DNA from: a virus
Lineage: Duplodnaviria > Caudoviricetes
Direction: 5' to 3' (one strand)
Virus record (IMG/VR): IMGVR_UViG_3300036943_000278
Span: 1 to 45,227 of that record
Length of the DNA: 45,227 nucleotides
Of the stretch, positions 38,150-45,082 are shown in pieces. The position numbers and the translations under genes were made by a program. The notes beneath the pieces are model-generated. The model was not told the DNA's origin. It worked only from the letters and a program-made list of their open reading frames with translations, and did not search any database. Numbering within the stretch: the stretch's first letter is position 1; every line of letters begins with the position of its first letter.

Positions 38150-38386
38150 CTAGGGTTGAATGATGATTACTTGGATGGATGCGGGATGGACGAGGACTGT
38201 GTGAGATTCTTGCTCGCTCCCTTCGATTTCAGCTTCAACCGCAACGAATCCAGGCGTGTAGTTCTGGAGATGTTGGGTGCCGAGATATTTGCCCCGTACC
38301 TGGATGGGCCTGTCCGTGTGATCGTTCGGCGTGATGTTGATGATTACTTGGGCATTTTCCTTCAGGAACAATTCTTTAGGTGTCAT
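38150..38386 (-). CDS. Small beta-barrel protein, possibly Sm/Hfq-like
   Basis: GGAGG RBS; VIINI..IQVRGKYLG..FVAVE..VLVHPASIQVI pattern. Confidence 0.55.
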   Translation of the reverse strand: MTPKELFLKENAQVIINITPNDHTDRPIQVRGKYLGTQHLQNYTPGFVAVEAEIEGSEQESHTVLVHPASIQVIIIQP

Positions 38387-38412
38387 GGTGTGCCTCCAAA
38401 GTTGTATTGTAT

Positions 38413-38461
38413 GTTAGTGGGCCGAAGGCTGTGGGGCTGATATTACCCTCGACCCACTAAC
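38413..38461 (-). other. 16-bp RNA stem-loop in the intergenic leader
   Basis: GTTAGTGGGTCGAGGG/CCTTCGGCCCACTAAC; both mismatches are G-U pairs on the transcribed strand. Confidence 0.6.
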
Positions 38462-38535
38462 TACTGGAGGTTAGACCCCGATGGCCAAACCAGACTAGGG
38501 TAGAAGGGATTCCACGCTAGGCTGATTGGGCCAGA

Positions 38536-38555
38536 GGAGGGGCCGAAGCCCCTCC
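38536..38555 (-). terminator. GC hairpin with UUCG loop after the 38572 gene
   Basis: GGAGGGGC-TTCG-GCCCCTCC; lacks a U-tract. Confidence 0.55.
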
Positions 38556-38571
38556 GTTGAACGTGCAGGGT

Positions 38572-39009
38572 CTACGCGAGCGAGGACAGGTCGAACCCGG
38601 CCTTCATGAGGGCGGCCTTGACAGCCTCGGGGTCCTTGCCGGACATGGCCTTGGCCAGCTTTTCCTCGGTGGACATGACGGTGCGGACGGACGGTTGCCA
38701 TTCGGACCAGGGCGTGATCTCGCCGTCCTCGCCAGTGAAGCCTTGCTGGATGGCCGAATCGTCGTACTTCGGATCGTTGTTGTCATCAGCGGCTTCGAGC
38801 TGACTACGGACCTTGGAACGCAGGTCGATCACGGATTGCTGCTGGAACTTCTGGACGATCACTTGATCGCCGACGAGTTCGCGGAGTTGGTCGAGGTCCT
38901 CGATTTTCATGCATTCCGGGGTTTGTACCTCGACTTCGCGGGGCAGGAACTCCGGCTTGTCGGGGCCGCCATTGGCCTTGGTCTTGATGGTGTTGGTGAA
39001 TTCGGGCAT
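38572..39009 (-). CDS. Hypothetical protein, paralog of 474..893
   Basis: AAGGAGG RBS, strongly biased codons, EEKLAKAMSGKDPEAVKAALMKAGFD C-terminus. Confidence 0.88.
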   Translation of the reverse strand: MPEFTNTIKTKANGGPDKPEFLPREVEVQTPECMKIEDLDQLRELVGDQVIVQKFQQQSVIDLRSKVRSQLEAADDNNDPKYDDSAIQQGFTGEDGEITPWSEWQPSVRTVMSTEEKLAKAMSGKDPEAVKAALMKAGFDLSSLA

Positions 39010-39060
39010 CGTGGCCTCCTTGGGTTAGAAGTGTGTTAAAAAATGGACTACAACTTGTGG

Positions 39061-39102
39061 TTGTTACAAAACGGTTGTAACAAAATCACCGGGGTTTGTC
39101 AA
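39061..39102 (-). promoter_or_regulatory. Sigma70-type promoter overlapped by the operator-like palindrome TTGTTACAA-N5-TTGTAACAA
   Basis: TTGACA-17bp-TACAAC with a TG extension; inverted repeat at 39061-39083. Confidence 0.65.
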
Positions 39103-39263
39103 GTACTGGGGAAATTTATTGTGGTCAGCCTTTTGCGCCTCTTGATCTCCGTGTGGATTGCATTGCGTACGACGACGGAGAGTGATGTGTTATAATGTTT
39201 GGCAATTGCCAAGAGTTCGGCCTTGCGACGAGGGTCGAGTCGAATGGTTATTTGGTTTGACAT
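39099..39263 (-). CDS. Ribbon-helix-helix (CopG/Arc-like) regulator, 54 aa, not in the ORF track
   Basis: AAGGAG RBS; MSNQITIRLDPRRKAELLAIAKHYNTSLSVVVRNAIHTEI. Confidence 0.8.
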   Translation of the reverse strand: MSNQITIRLDPRRKAELLAIAKHYNTSLSVVVRNAIHTEIKRRKRLTTINFPST

Positions 39264-39278
39264 AATGGCTCCTTGTGT

Positions 39279-39425
39279 TTAATCTTCACCATTTCCGGAG
39301 AAGATGATTGATAAGCATACGATGATGTGCAGAATCGGGAGTAGCCAGTTGAGTGGTGTAGGTAAAAGGAGATAAAACACCGCCGGGAGAGTGATTGTTA
39401 AGATATCTTTTTTCCGTGGATGCAT
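39279..39425 (-). CDS. Small membrane protein
   Basis: MHPRKKDILTITLPAVFYLLL...; hydrophobic; start uncertain. Confidence 0.5.
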   Translation of the reverse strand: MHPRKKDILTITLPAVFYLLLPTPLNWLLPILHIIVCLSIIFSGNGED

Positions 39426-39428
39426 GGC

Positions 39429-39443
39429 GTAATCCCGAATTAC
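39429..39443. promoter_or_regulatory. Dispersed palindrome copy 7 (GTAATCCCGAATTAC)
   Basis: Contains the stop codon of 39440..39646 and abuts the next ATG at 39425. Confidence 0.85.
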
Positions 39444-39646
39444 ACACTGGGTTCGCGTGGGGCAATGACCGCCGCCCACTTGCTGCAGAAATCACTACGT
39501 CTTACAACGGGTCTTTCAGCAATGATTTGTGCGAACCCATTGCGATGCTTGATATAGCCTGGTCTTGGTGGATAGCAATAGCAGAATCCATCATAAGTAC
39601 CATCAGGATCTTTTACAAACCACTTACAGTTTTCACATAAACGCAT
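39440..39646 (-). CDS. Small Cys-rich (Zn-binding) protein
   Basis: CENCKWF...GFCYCYPP...DFCSKW; AAGGAG RBS. Confidence 0.7.
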   Translation of the reverse strand: MRLCENCKWFVKDPDGTYDGFCYCYPPRPGYIKHRNGFAQIIAERPVVRRSDFCSKWAAVIAPREPSV

Positions 39647-39647
39647 T

Positions 39648-39917
39648 CTATACTCCTTCCTTGTGGTTAAATGTTCTATTAATCAGGTACGCTATGATAG
39701 CTATGAAAGGTACGATAGTGAAAATGAATAATGTAGCTATCGCCATAAGACTTACAAAACTTAACAGCAATGGTGGCCATGTGGTAAGTTGGGTTGATTT
39801 CTCGATGATAAAATCAAACCCATACAGGAGAATATGGGCACAACACCAAGTAAGGGCTAGGGCAAGGTAACCACTGGCTATGGTGATGAGTAGGGGTTTA
39901 AGATGGTCTTTTAGCAT
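39648..39917 (-). CDS. Membrane protein (2 TM)
   Basis: Two hydrophobic segments; AAGGAG RBS. Confidence 0.7.
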   Translation of the reverse strand: MLKDHLKPLLITIASGYLALALTWCCAHILLYGFDFIIEKSTQLTTWPPLLLSFVSLMAIATLFIFTIVPFIAIIAYLINRTFNHKEGV

Positions 39918-39929
39918 TGCTAGTCTCCT

Positions 39930-40382
39930 TTAGATTTTGCCCTTATGTAGTTCTTCTGAGAAGAAAAAGTCGTCAATCTCTCCGTTATCACAATTAGGGC
40001 AAAAATAGGTTGTTTGTAGTGTAGGAATCTCCCAAGATTCTTGTTCTACCTCGGTTTTGCATTTAGACAATGGGCCTATCCAGCCACATGAATTACACCT
40101 GCCGTAGTTGGGCAAGTCATCAGGTTGGTCTGGTATTTGCATTGTTAGCTCACCTAAATTAAAACTTTTTGATTCCTTTTCTACATAGATATAGCCACGT
40201 GGGAAATAGCGTAGCTTACTTTCGTCCCAATATTCTTCCGGGTACCCGAAACAGAACTTGGGACCGAATATTTCAAACACCTTAGCACGATCACCATTGA
40301 CAACTGCTACGCAGTCTTTATCGAATATTTTGCCGTCGATGCGGTGAATGTGTTCTTGTCCAAACGTGACGAAGGTTTTCAT
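39930..40382 (-). CDS. Hypothetical protein with C-terminal Zn ribbon
   Basis: CNSC...CPNC; AGGAG RBS. Confidence 0.7.
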   Translation of the reverse strand: MKTFVTFGQEHIHRIDGKIFDKDCVAVVNGDRAKVFEIFGPKFCFGYPEEYWDESKLRYFPRGYIYVEKESKSFNLGELTMQIPDQPDDLPNYGRCNSCGWIGPLSKCKTEVEQESWEIPTLQTTYFCPNCDNGEIDDFFFSEELHKGKI

Positions 40383-40391
40383 AGTTATCTC

Positions 40392-40613
40392 CTAGTAAAG
40401 CCCGCCAGGGTTATTTATTGAGAAGATGAAAATAGCTAAAAAGAAAATAGCTCCTGCTAGTGCGCCTATGATCACGTTCCTATGCAAACGTCTACCATAA
40501 TCATCAGCATCACCTTTGGTAGAAGTACAAGCCAAACATATTGCTGCTCCGAAACACATACACATAGCCGTAATCAATAGAGGAATGATAATATCGAAAA
40601 TAGTTTCTTGCAT
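40392..40613 (-). CDS. Membrane protein (2 TM)
   Basis: Hydrophobic segments; AAGGAGG RBS. Confidence 0.7.
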   Translation of the reverse strand: MQETIFDIIIPLLITAMCMCFGAAICLACTSTKGDADDYGRRLHRNVIIGALAGAIFFLAIFIFSINNPGGLY

Positions 40614-40856
40614 TTAATTATCCTCCTTGAGCACAGCGTGGGCTTTTGCGACAATAGGATCAGAATTATGATCACTATGCGGTGGGGGCAAAAGTAATCG
40701 GATGATTTGGGCTAATTTTTCGCACCGCTTGGTCATGTCGTGGAATAAATTACGAATATCTGCATAGTTTTCATCTTGCCAGGGACACTGCTCATTCCAA
40801 TCTGCGTCAGGTGAGTAGGCATTTCTGCCTAGACGTTTGTAATAGCTTCGTTTCAC
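40614..40856 (-). CDS. Hypothetical protein
   Basis: GAGG RBS, GTG start. Confidence 0.55.
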   Translation of the reverse strand: MKRSYYKRLGRNAYSPDADWNEQCPWQDENYADIRNLFHDMTKRCEKLAQIIRLLLPPPHSDHNSDPIVAKAHAVLKEDN

Positions 40857-40877
40857 TGTTAACCTCTGAAATATCTT

Positions 40878-41048
40878 CTAATGGGCACCAGGAGCGTAGA
40901 GTCTTTCTCCATCTGTCATGGTTGTATATGGTAGGGTTTTTCCTGCCATTCCGCAGTATGGAATGTTCGCAACCTTTCCAAAGCTCCCGCAATGGTCCAA
41001 ATGAGGACACCCAGAGCACTTTTTTATTCTGATCATTTTGTCTGGCAT
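40878..41048 (-). CDS. Small Cys-rich protein, 56 aa (possibly frameshifted at the C-terminus), not in the ORF track
   Basis: AAGGAG RBS; MPDKMIRIKKCSGCPHLDHCGSFG...YCG. Confidence 0.6.
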   Translation of the reverse strand: MPDKMIRIKKCSGCPHLDHCGSFGKVANIPYCGMAGKTLPYTTMTDGERLYAPGAH

Positions 41049-41052
41049 GAGA

Positions 41053-41355
41053 TTATCTCCTTAGTGCGTAGTAAATTGCACAATCTTCTGCGTTCTCGCA
41101 ATCAGTTTCGATAGCATCGCAGAAATATCCAGCTCCGTTGTAAGTCTTCCAAGGACAGGAACGTCTAAATTCCTCCCAATCATCTTGCTGGTCCCTGGTG
41201 TACTTTTCCTCTGCCGCTTTCCAACCATGCCGGAATGCTTCTTCCTCTTCTAGAGTATACATATTAGTAGGATAAACAGGATACGCTTGTCCGGGGTGGT
41301 ATGAGCTGAATCCTGCAGAAAATACTCGGTCAAGAGATTTTCTGTTAACTGGCAT
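41053..41355 (-). CDS. Hypothetical protein
   Basis: AAGGAGG RBS; Cys-rich C-terminus. Confidence 0.7.
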   Translation of the reverse strand: MPVNRKSLDRVFSAGFSSYHPGQAYPVYPTNMYTLEEEEAFRHGWKAAEEKYTRDQQDDWEEFRRSCPWKTYNGAGYFCDAIETDCENAEDCAIYYALRR

Positions 41356-41369
41356 TGTTTAATCCTCCT

Positions 41370-41591
41370 TTATTCTAGAACTATTGTTGCATTTGGGAAT
41401 GCCACTACTTGGTCATCAGGAGTCATACGCCGAAATTCCCCATCATTCAAACAGCAGGCTTGAATACCAAGATTGGTGTCATCAGTTTTGATGTAGACAA
41501 ACACACTATCTACATACAGTTTGAATGCATCTCCTGGGAACAGCGCAGAAAACCTTATAGTTGTTGTAGACTCATTTACAATTTTCATCAC
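41370..41591 (-). CDS. Hypothetical protein
   Basis: AAGGAGG RBS; FSALFPGDAF motif. Confidence 0.7.
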   Translation of the reverse strand: MMKIVNESTTTIRFSALFPGDAFKLYVDSVFVYIKTDDTNLGIQACCLNDGEFRRMTPDDQVVAFPNATIVLE

Positions 41592-41598
41592 TTCCTCC

Positions 41599-41889
41599 TT
41601 ATGGATGATTTAATGCTTCATATTTCCTAAGTGCTTCAAGTTCGATTGCAACAAAGATTTCCTGCAACACTGGAACCTCGAACTGCTTAACGTCAAGGAG
41701 AACTTCCGCATTGTTGTCAAGGAGTTCGTAGAGGATGATGTCCTCAAGACCAAAGTCCACCTCGGGGCCAATGGGTGGTGTCCAATAGTCACCTGGATCA
41801 CCAGGTGAGACTGCCACGGGCACGTCGCAGATATAGGTGTGGTCGGGTACGTTAACAATAGCCCTGACATCGAATTTAATAGGTTTCAT
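41599..41889 (-). CDS. Hypothetical protein
   Basis: AAGGAG RBS; DPGDYWTPP motif. Confidence 0.7.
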   Translation of the reverse strand: MKPIKFDVRAIVNVPDHTYICDVPVAVSPGDPGDYWTPPIGPEVDFGLEDIILYELLDNNAEVLLDVKQFEVPVLQEIFVAIELEALRKYEALNHP

Positions 41890-41901
41890 GGTTACTCCTT
41901 A

Positions 41902-42033
41902 TTACGCATCGTAGATACGCCAGTTTGTTCGATACCAATAACGCCGGCCATACCGATCTCTATCTTTCCACTTTCTTGGATCATACTGTATGGTGAGGAA
42001 AGATAGAAGGATGAGATTGTAGAAATTATCCAT
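41902..42033 (-). CDS. Small hypothetical protein, 43 aa
   Basis: Fills the gap between 41889 and 42026 with a coupled start. Confidence 0.4.
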   Translation of the reverse strand: MDNFYNLILLSFLTIQYDPRKWKDRDRYGRRYWYRTNWRIYDA

Positions 42034-42544
42034 TTTCAAGGGCCTTTTCGGGAATCTCTCCAGTCAGTTCATAGTGTAGCAGGTCATCACCACATAGGCG
42101 AATCTCCTTCTTTTTTGCCGGGACTACTATGTTTGTCTCGATGTATTTACACATACGGTAGTTGATGAAGGGATCGATGCGGATTTCGATCCCCATCAGT
42201 TTACCATGCAGAGTGTAGTTGTGCGACCATTTTAGTTCTAAATTGAAGTAGTCCAGCCAAACCTGCCGCATCTCATTCGCTACAGCCATGCGGAAGAGTT
42301 CCGTGTCGCCTTTGTTAGAAAAACAGGGTTCGATGCAGATGTCGTGCATATATACGATTTCAGTGGAAAACACCTTGCGTGAATAGACTGGTTGGGATCT
42401 AGGGATGGTATAGTGTGGCATGTGAGCCTCGATCTTTTCCACCTGCCACAACGCCTCGTTTAATCGCATGTATTGATCGAGCTTTTTGCGCTCGGTGAGC
42501 AACCATGCAGATACTTCTGGATGGATACGTTTGCCTCTATTCAT
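42026..42544 (-). CDS. Hypothetical protein
   Basis: GGAG RBS; ATGA overlap with the upstream gene. Confidence 0.7.
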   Translation of the reverse strand: MNRGKRIHPEVSAWLLTERKKLDQYMRLNEALWQVEKIEAHMPHYTIPRSQPVYSRKVFSTEIVYMHDICIEPCFSNKGDTELFRMAVANEMRQVWLDYFNLELKWSHNYTLHGKLMGIEIRIDPFINYRMCKYIETNIVVPAKKKEIRLCGDDLLHYELTGEIPEKALENG

Positions 42545-42759
42545 TGTATTTTCTCCGATATTTCACTCGTAGATTGTTTAGTTTCCACTACCACATAACC
42601 AAAGAACTCAGGATCAGCAAAAATGTATTCAAACACCTGGCCATACTCCAAGCCAAGTCGTTCATGGATTAGTTGCCAATAAGCACCATCAGAAAGTTCT
42701 AGTTCATCCACTTCGTCTATGACGGCTTTTACCTGTTCCTTTGTTGGCATGTGTGGCAT
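42541..42759 (-). CDS. Hypothetical acidic protein
   Basis: AAGGAG RBS. Confidence 0.65.
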   Translation of the reverse strand: MPHMPTKEQVKAVIDEVDELELSDGAYWQLIHERLGLEYGQVFEYIFADPEFFGYVVVETKQSTSEISEKIQ

Positions 42760-43010
42760 TATTTATCTCCTTTAGGTAACAATATTTTCCGGTAGCCAAT
42801 TACTGGCACCAGCTTTGCGGCGAAGAAAAAGATTTCTCGCTTGCGGAACGCTGTTAATGGTACGACAAACCCGCTGTAATAACCACGACGGGCAGAACGG
42901 TAAACCCGTTGGCCATAGGGATTCAAGAGGAATAATTGTTCCAACAGACAGCCACGCAATGGGTAGAATGAATCAGTTGGATGGATGTCTACGAGTTTGT
43001 AATACATCAT
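42759..43010 (-). CDS. Hypothetical protein
   Basis: AAGGAGG RBS. Confidence 0.65.
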   Translation of the reverse strand: MMYYKLVDIHPTDSFYPLRGCLLEQLFLLNPYGQRVYRSARRGYYSGFVVPLTAFRKREIFFFAAKLVPVIGYRKILLPKGDK

Positions 43011-43036
43011 GCTATTTCCTCCTTTGATAGGTACAC

Positions 43037-43249
43037 TTATTGGTTTGTCAACTCTTCTTTCAACGCTGATAACGCACGATTAAAGAAATGCCGTTCTTGT
43101 GGAGGCAGTTTGTAGTAAAGTTCAGTAAATACTGCTTCTACCACGTGTGGTCTATTGTAGTAATGTTCTACAAAGATTGCTTTGAGCTGTTCCTTAAGTT
43201 TATTTGTCTTCTCCATAGCCGCTTTCTTTCTTTCAGCTCTAAGGCCCAT
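43037..43249 (-). CDS. Hypothetical protein
   Basis: GGAGGAG RBS. Confidence 0.65.
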   Translation of the reverse strand: MGLRAERKKAAMEKTNKLKEQLKAIFVEHYYNRPHVVEAVFTELYYKLPPQERHFFNRALSALKEELTNQ

Positions 43250-43324
43250 CGTTTGTCTCCTCCAATTAAAGATTAACCCATAGTTCTGCCCACAAGTAAC
43301 CTTGTGGGCAGTGGATGAGTTGAT

Positions 43325-43639
43325 CTATTTGGATGTCTCCATAACCTCGGACAATGCTTCATCCATGTCCCATAGATGGCATTCAATCGCATCCATGACG
43401 CGGGACATTCGGGCAATGAAGCTTTGGGAGTCGCTTTCACTGCCTTTATTGGCCGCTTCTTGCGCACGTGGGCCAGAAAGGTAGTTGGTCAGGCCCTCCA
43501 CGTCCATAGAAACCCTGCCAGTTTTATGGCAGATGTTTAATAGGCGATCATAGAGACTTTCCAGTGGTGTGCTGAGTGCTCTTGATGCCATATCCTGTGG
43601 TTTTTCTACAACATTGTGTTCTTTTACAGATTTGTCCAT
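43325..43639 (-). CDS. Hypothetical helical protein
   Basis: AAGGAG RBS. Confidence 0.65.
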   Translation of the reverse strand: MDKSVKEHNVVEKPQDMASRALSTPLESLYDRLLNICHKTGRVSMDVEGLTNYLSGPRAQEAANKGSESDSQSFIARMSRVMDAIECHLWDMDEALSEVMETSK

Positions 43640-43665
43640 GATGGCTCCTTTAGGGATAGTCCCTG

Positions 43666-43860
43666 TTAAATGTTCCTTTGGATTGTGCCAAACACCAGCT
43701 GCACGATACGTCCGTTATGAAGTTGAAACTTCAATTTGGGTTCAGTGGACTTATTGCCCACATTATCCTGTCGGGAAACACACATGGCTGTTGTACCATA
43801 GTATTTCCCCTCAGGATTGCCCAGCACTGTAACCACATCTCCCTTTTAAATAATAGCCAT
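43666..43860 (-). pseudogene. 64-codon gene interrupted by an in-frame TAA at codon 5
   Basis: AAAAGGAG RBS, then MAII*KGDVVTVLGNPEGKYYG...QRNI*. Confidence 0.6.
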
Positions 43861-43875
43861 CTTGTTCTCCTTTTG

Positions 43876-44226
43876 CTATTCGATCAAACCAAGCTGCCGC
43901 GCCACGCGCAACTGCTCATCCTTTGACATCTGCTCGAACTCCTTGGCGAATTGGGCTAAGGACATAGTCCTTTTCTCCTTTACCTCACGGGGTGCCCGAG
44001 CTTCCTTCACCTTCGTGATGACCTTGCAGGTCTGCCACATCTCTTTTTCCAGAGCAATACGCAAAGCGCCAATCCGCTCAGCCATGAGGCCCGCGAGCTG
44101 GCGCTTCTTGTTGAGCGCACTGATTTGCGCGCTGTAATAATCCCTCGATGCGCGTAGATTGGTTTCCATCTTACCTAGTTCCATTACCGTTTGCTCTATC
44201 TCTTCCCATGTAAAATCCAGCTCCAT
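43876..44226 (-). CDS. Hypothetical coiled-coil protein
   Basis: GGAGGG RBS before the ATG at 44226 (MELDFTW). Confidence 0.7.
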   Translation of the reverse strand: MELDFTWEEIEQTVMELGKMETNLRASRDYYSAQISALNKKRQLAGLMAERIGALRIALEKEMWQTCKVITKVKEARAPREVKEKRTMSLAQFAKEFEQMSKDEQLRVARQLGLIE

Positions 44227-44257
44227 CGTGGTTCCCTCCAGTGTGGGTAGTATTAAT

Positions 44258-44277
44258 GGGCGGGTACCCTCCCGCCC
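44258..44277 (-). terminator. Hairpin after the first early gene
   Basis: GGGCGGG-6nt-CCCGCCC followed by ATTAAT. Confidence 0.45.
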
Positions 44278-44284
44278 CCTCATG

Positions 44285-44560
44285 CTATACGTCGGCAAAT
44301 TCGATAATTGCCTTGTTAAGCTCCTCTATACATTGTTCCATCTTTGGCACATCACCTGCGTAATATGCCCGTGTAATGCACCGTAAGAGATCTTCTAACA
44401 CTGGTATGTATGCACATTTGATTATTTGTCGTGATCGCGGTGACAAAGTATACTCACCGTTTTTTGCATTAAGCAACGTATGCTTTGTCCGAACAGCATC
44501 ATCACTTAGTTGCTGTAACAATGTGGCGGCCTCGTAGATGAATTTCTCTTGCTCATTCAT
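44285..44560 (-). CDS. First early gene, hypothetical
   Basis: AGGAG RBS; directly downstream of the strong promoter. Confidence 0.7.
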   Translation of the reverse strand: MNEQEKFIYEAATLLQQLSDDAVRTKHTLLNAKNGEYTLSPRSRQIIKCAYIPVLEDLLRCITRAYYAGDVPKMEQCIEELNKAIIEFADV

Positions 44561-44616
44561 GGGCTAACTCCTGTAGTTTGCAGGTTGTGCTATTGTGTAC
44601 TTCAACCTGTGAACCA

Positions 44617-44645
44617 ATAGTACCACAACGTACCACAAATGTCAA
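44617..44645 (-). promoter_or_regulatory. Strong early sigma70 promoter with tandem GTACCACAA boxes in the spacer
   Basis: TTGACA-17bp-TACTAT with extended -10 TG. Confidence 0.85.
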
Positions 44646-44709
44646 ACACTAACCCAAATTTATTCCCCCATCAGTTTGCCCGCTAATGGTTCCCCCTACA
44701 ACCCATCCC

Positions 44710-44724
44710 GTAATCCGAGATTAC
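44710..44724. promoter_or_regulatory. Dispersed palindrome copy 8 (GTAATCCGAGATTAC)
   Basis: In the right non-coding end, upstream of the early promoter. Confidence 0.85.
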
Positions 44725-44765
44725 ACCATACCTCACCCGGTTCCCCTCGTTGACCATGCCCCTAC

Positions 44766-44942
44766 ACGATGTGCCCGCACCACGCCGTTGCACGGCGCTG
44801 GCGCAGTCCCCACCGATCCATTCGGGCCAGCACCACGCCACTATCGTGGCGCTGTCCTCGCCATATCTGGCACCTCACCACCACTCTGCAACCTCGCCGC
44901 CAGCGGCGTCGTAACCACTACGATGTGGCCGCACCTCGCCGT
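44766..44942. repeat. 23-bp direct repeat (44766-44788 / 44920-44942) with degenerate GCACCTCGCC units between
   Basis: acgatgtgcccgcaccacgccgt vs acgatgtggccgcacctcgccgt (2 mismatches). Confidence 0.7.
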
Positions 44943-44950
44943 GCGGCCCC

Positions 44951-45007
44951 GTAGTCAGTCCGTTGACTAGTCAACCCGTCAACCCCGTCAATAGTCAGTA
45001 GTCAACC
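44951..45007 (-). repeat. Inverted counterpart of the TGACTA array, with GTTGACTAGTCAAC at 44962-44975
   Basis: Reverse complement reads ggttgactactgactattgacggggttgacgggttgactagtcaacggactgactac, closely resembling 114-160. Confidence 0.85.
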
Positions 45008-45082
45008 GCCCCCGGTTTGGGCCGCCGGGTGGCGTCCTTATAGTGGTATGCTCTTATAGTGGTAGTATGTCCTTATAAGAGA

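Noticed and set aside
43846-43848. Stop-codon reassignment suggested by an in-frame TAA
   Set aside because: All core genes are intact in the standard code and TAA, TAG and TGA all terminate genes; this is a single isolated case.
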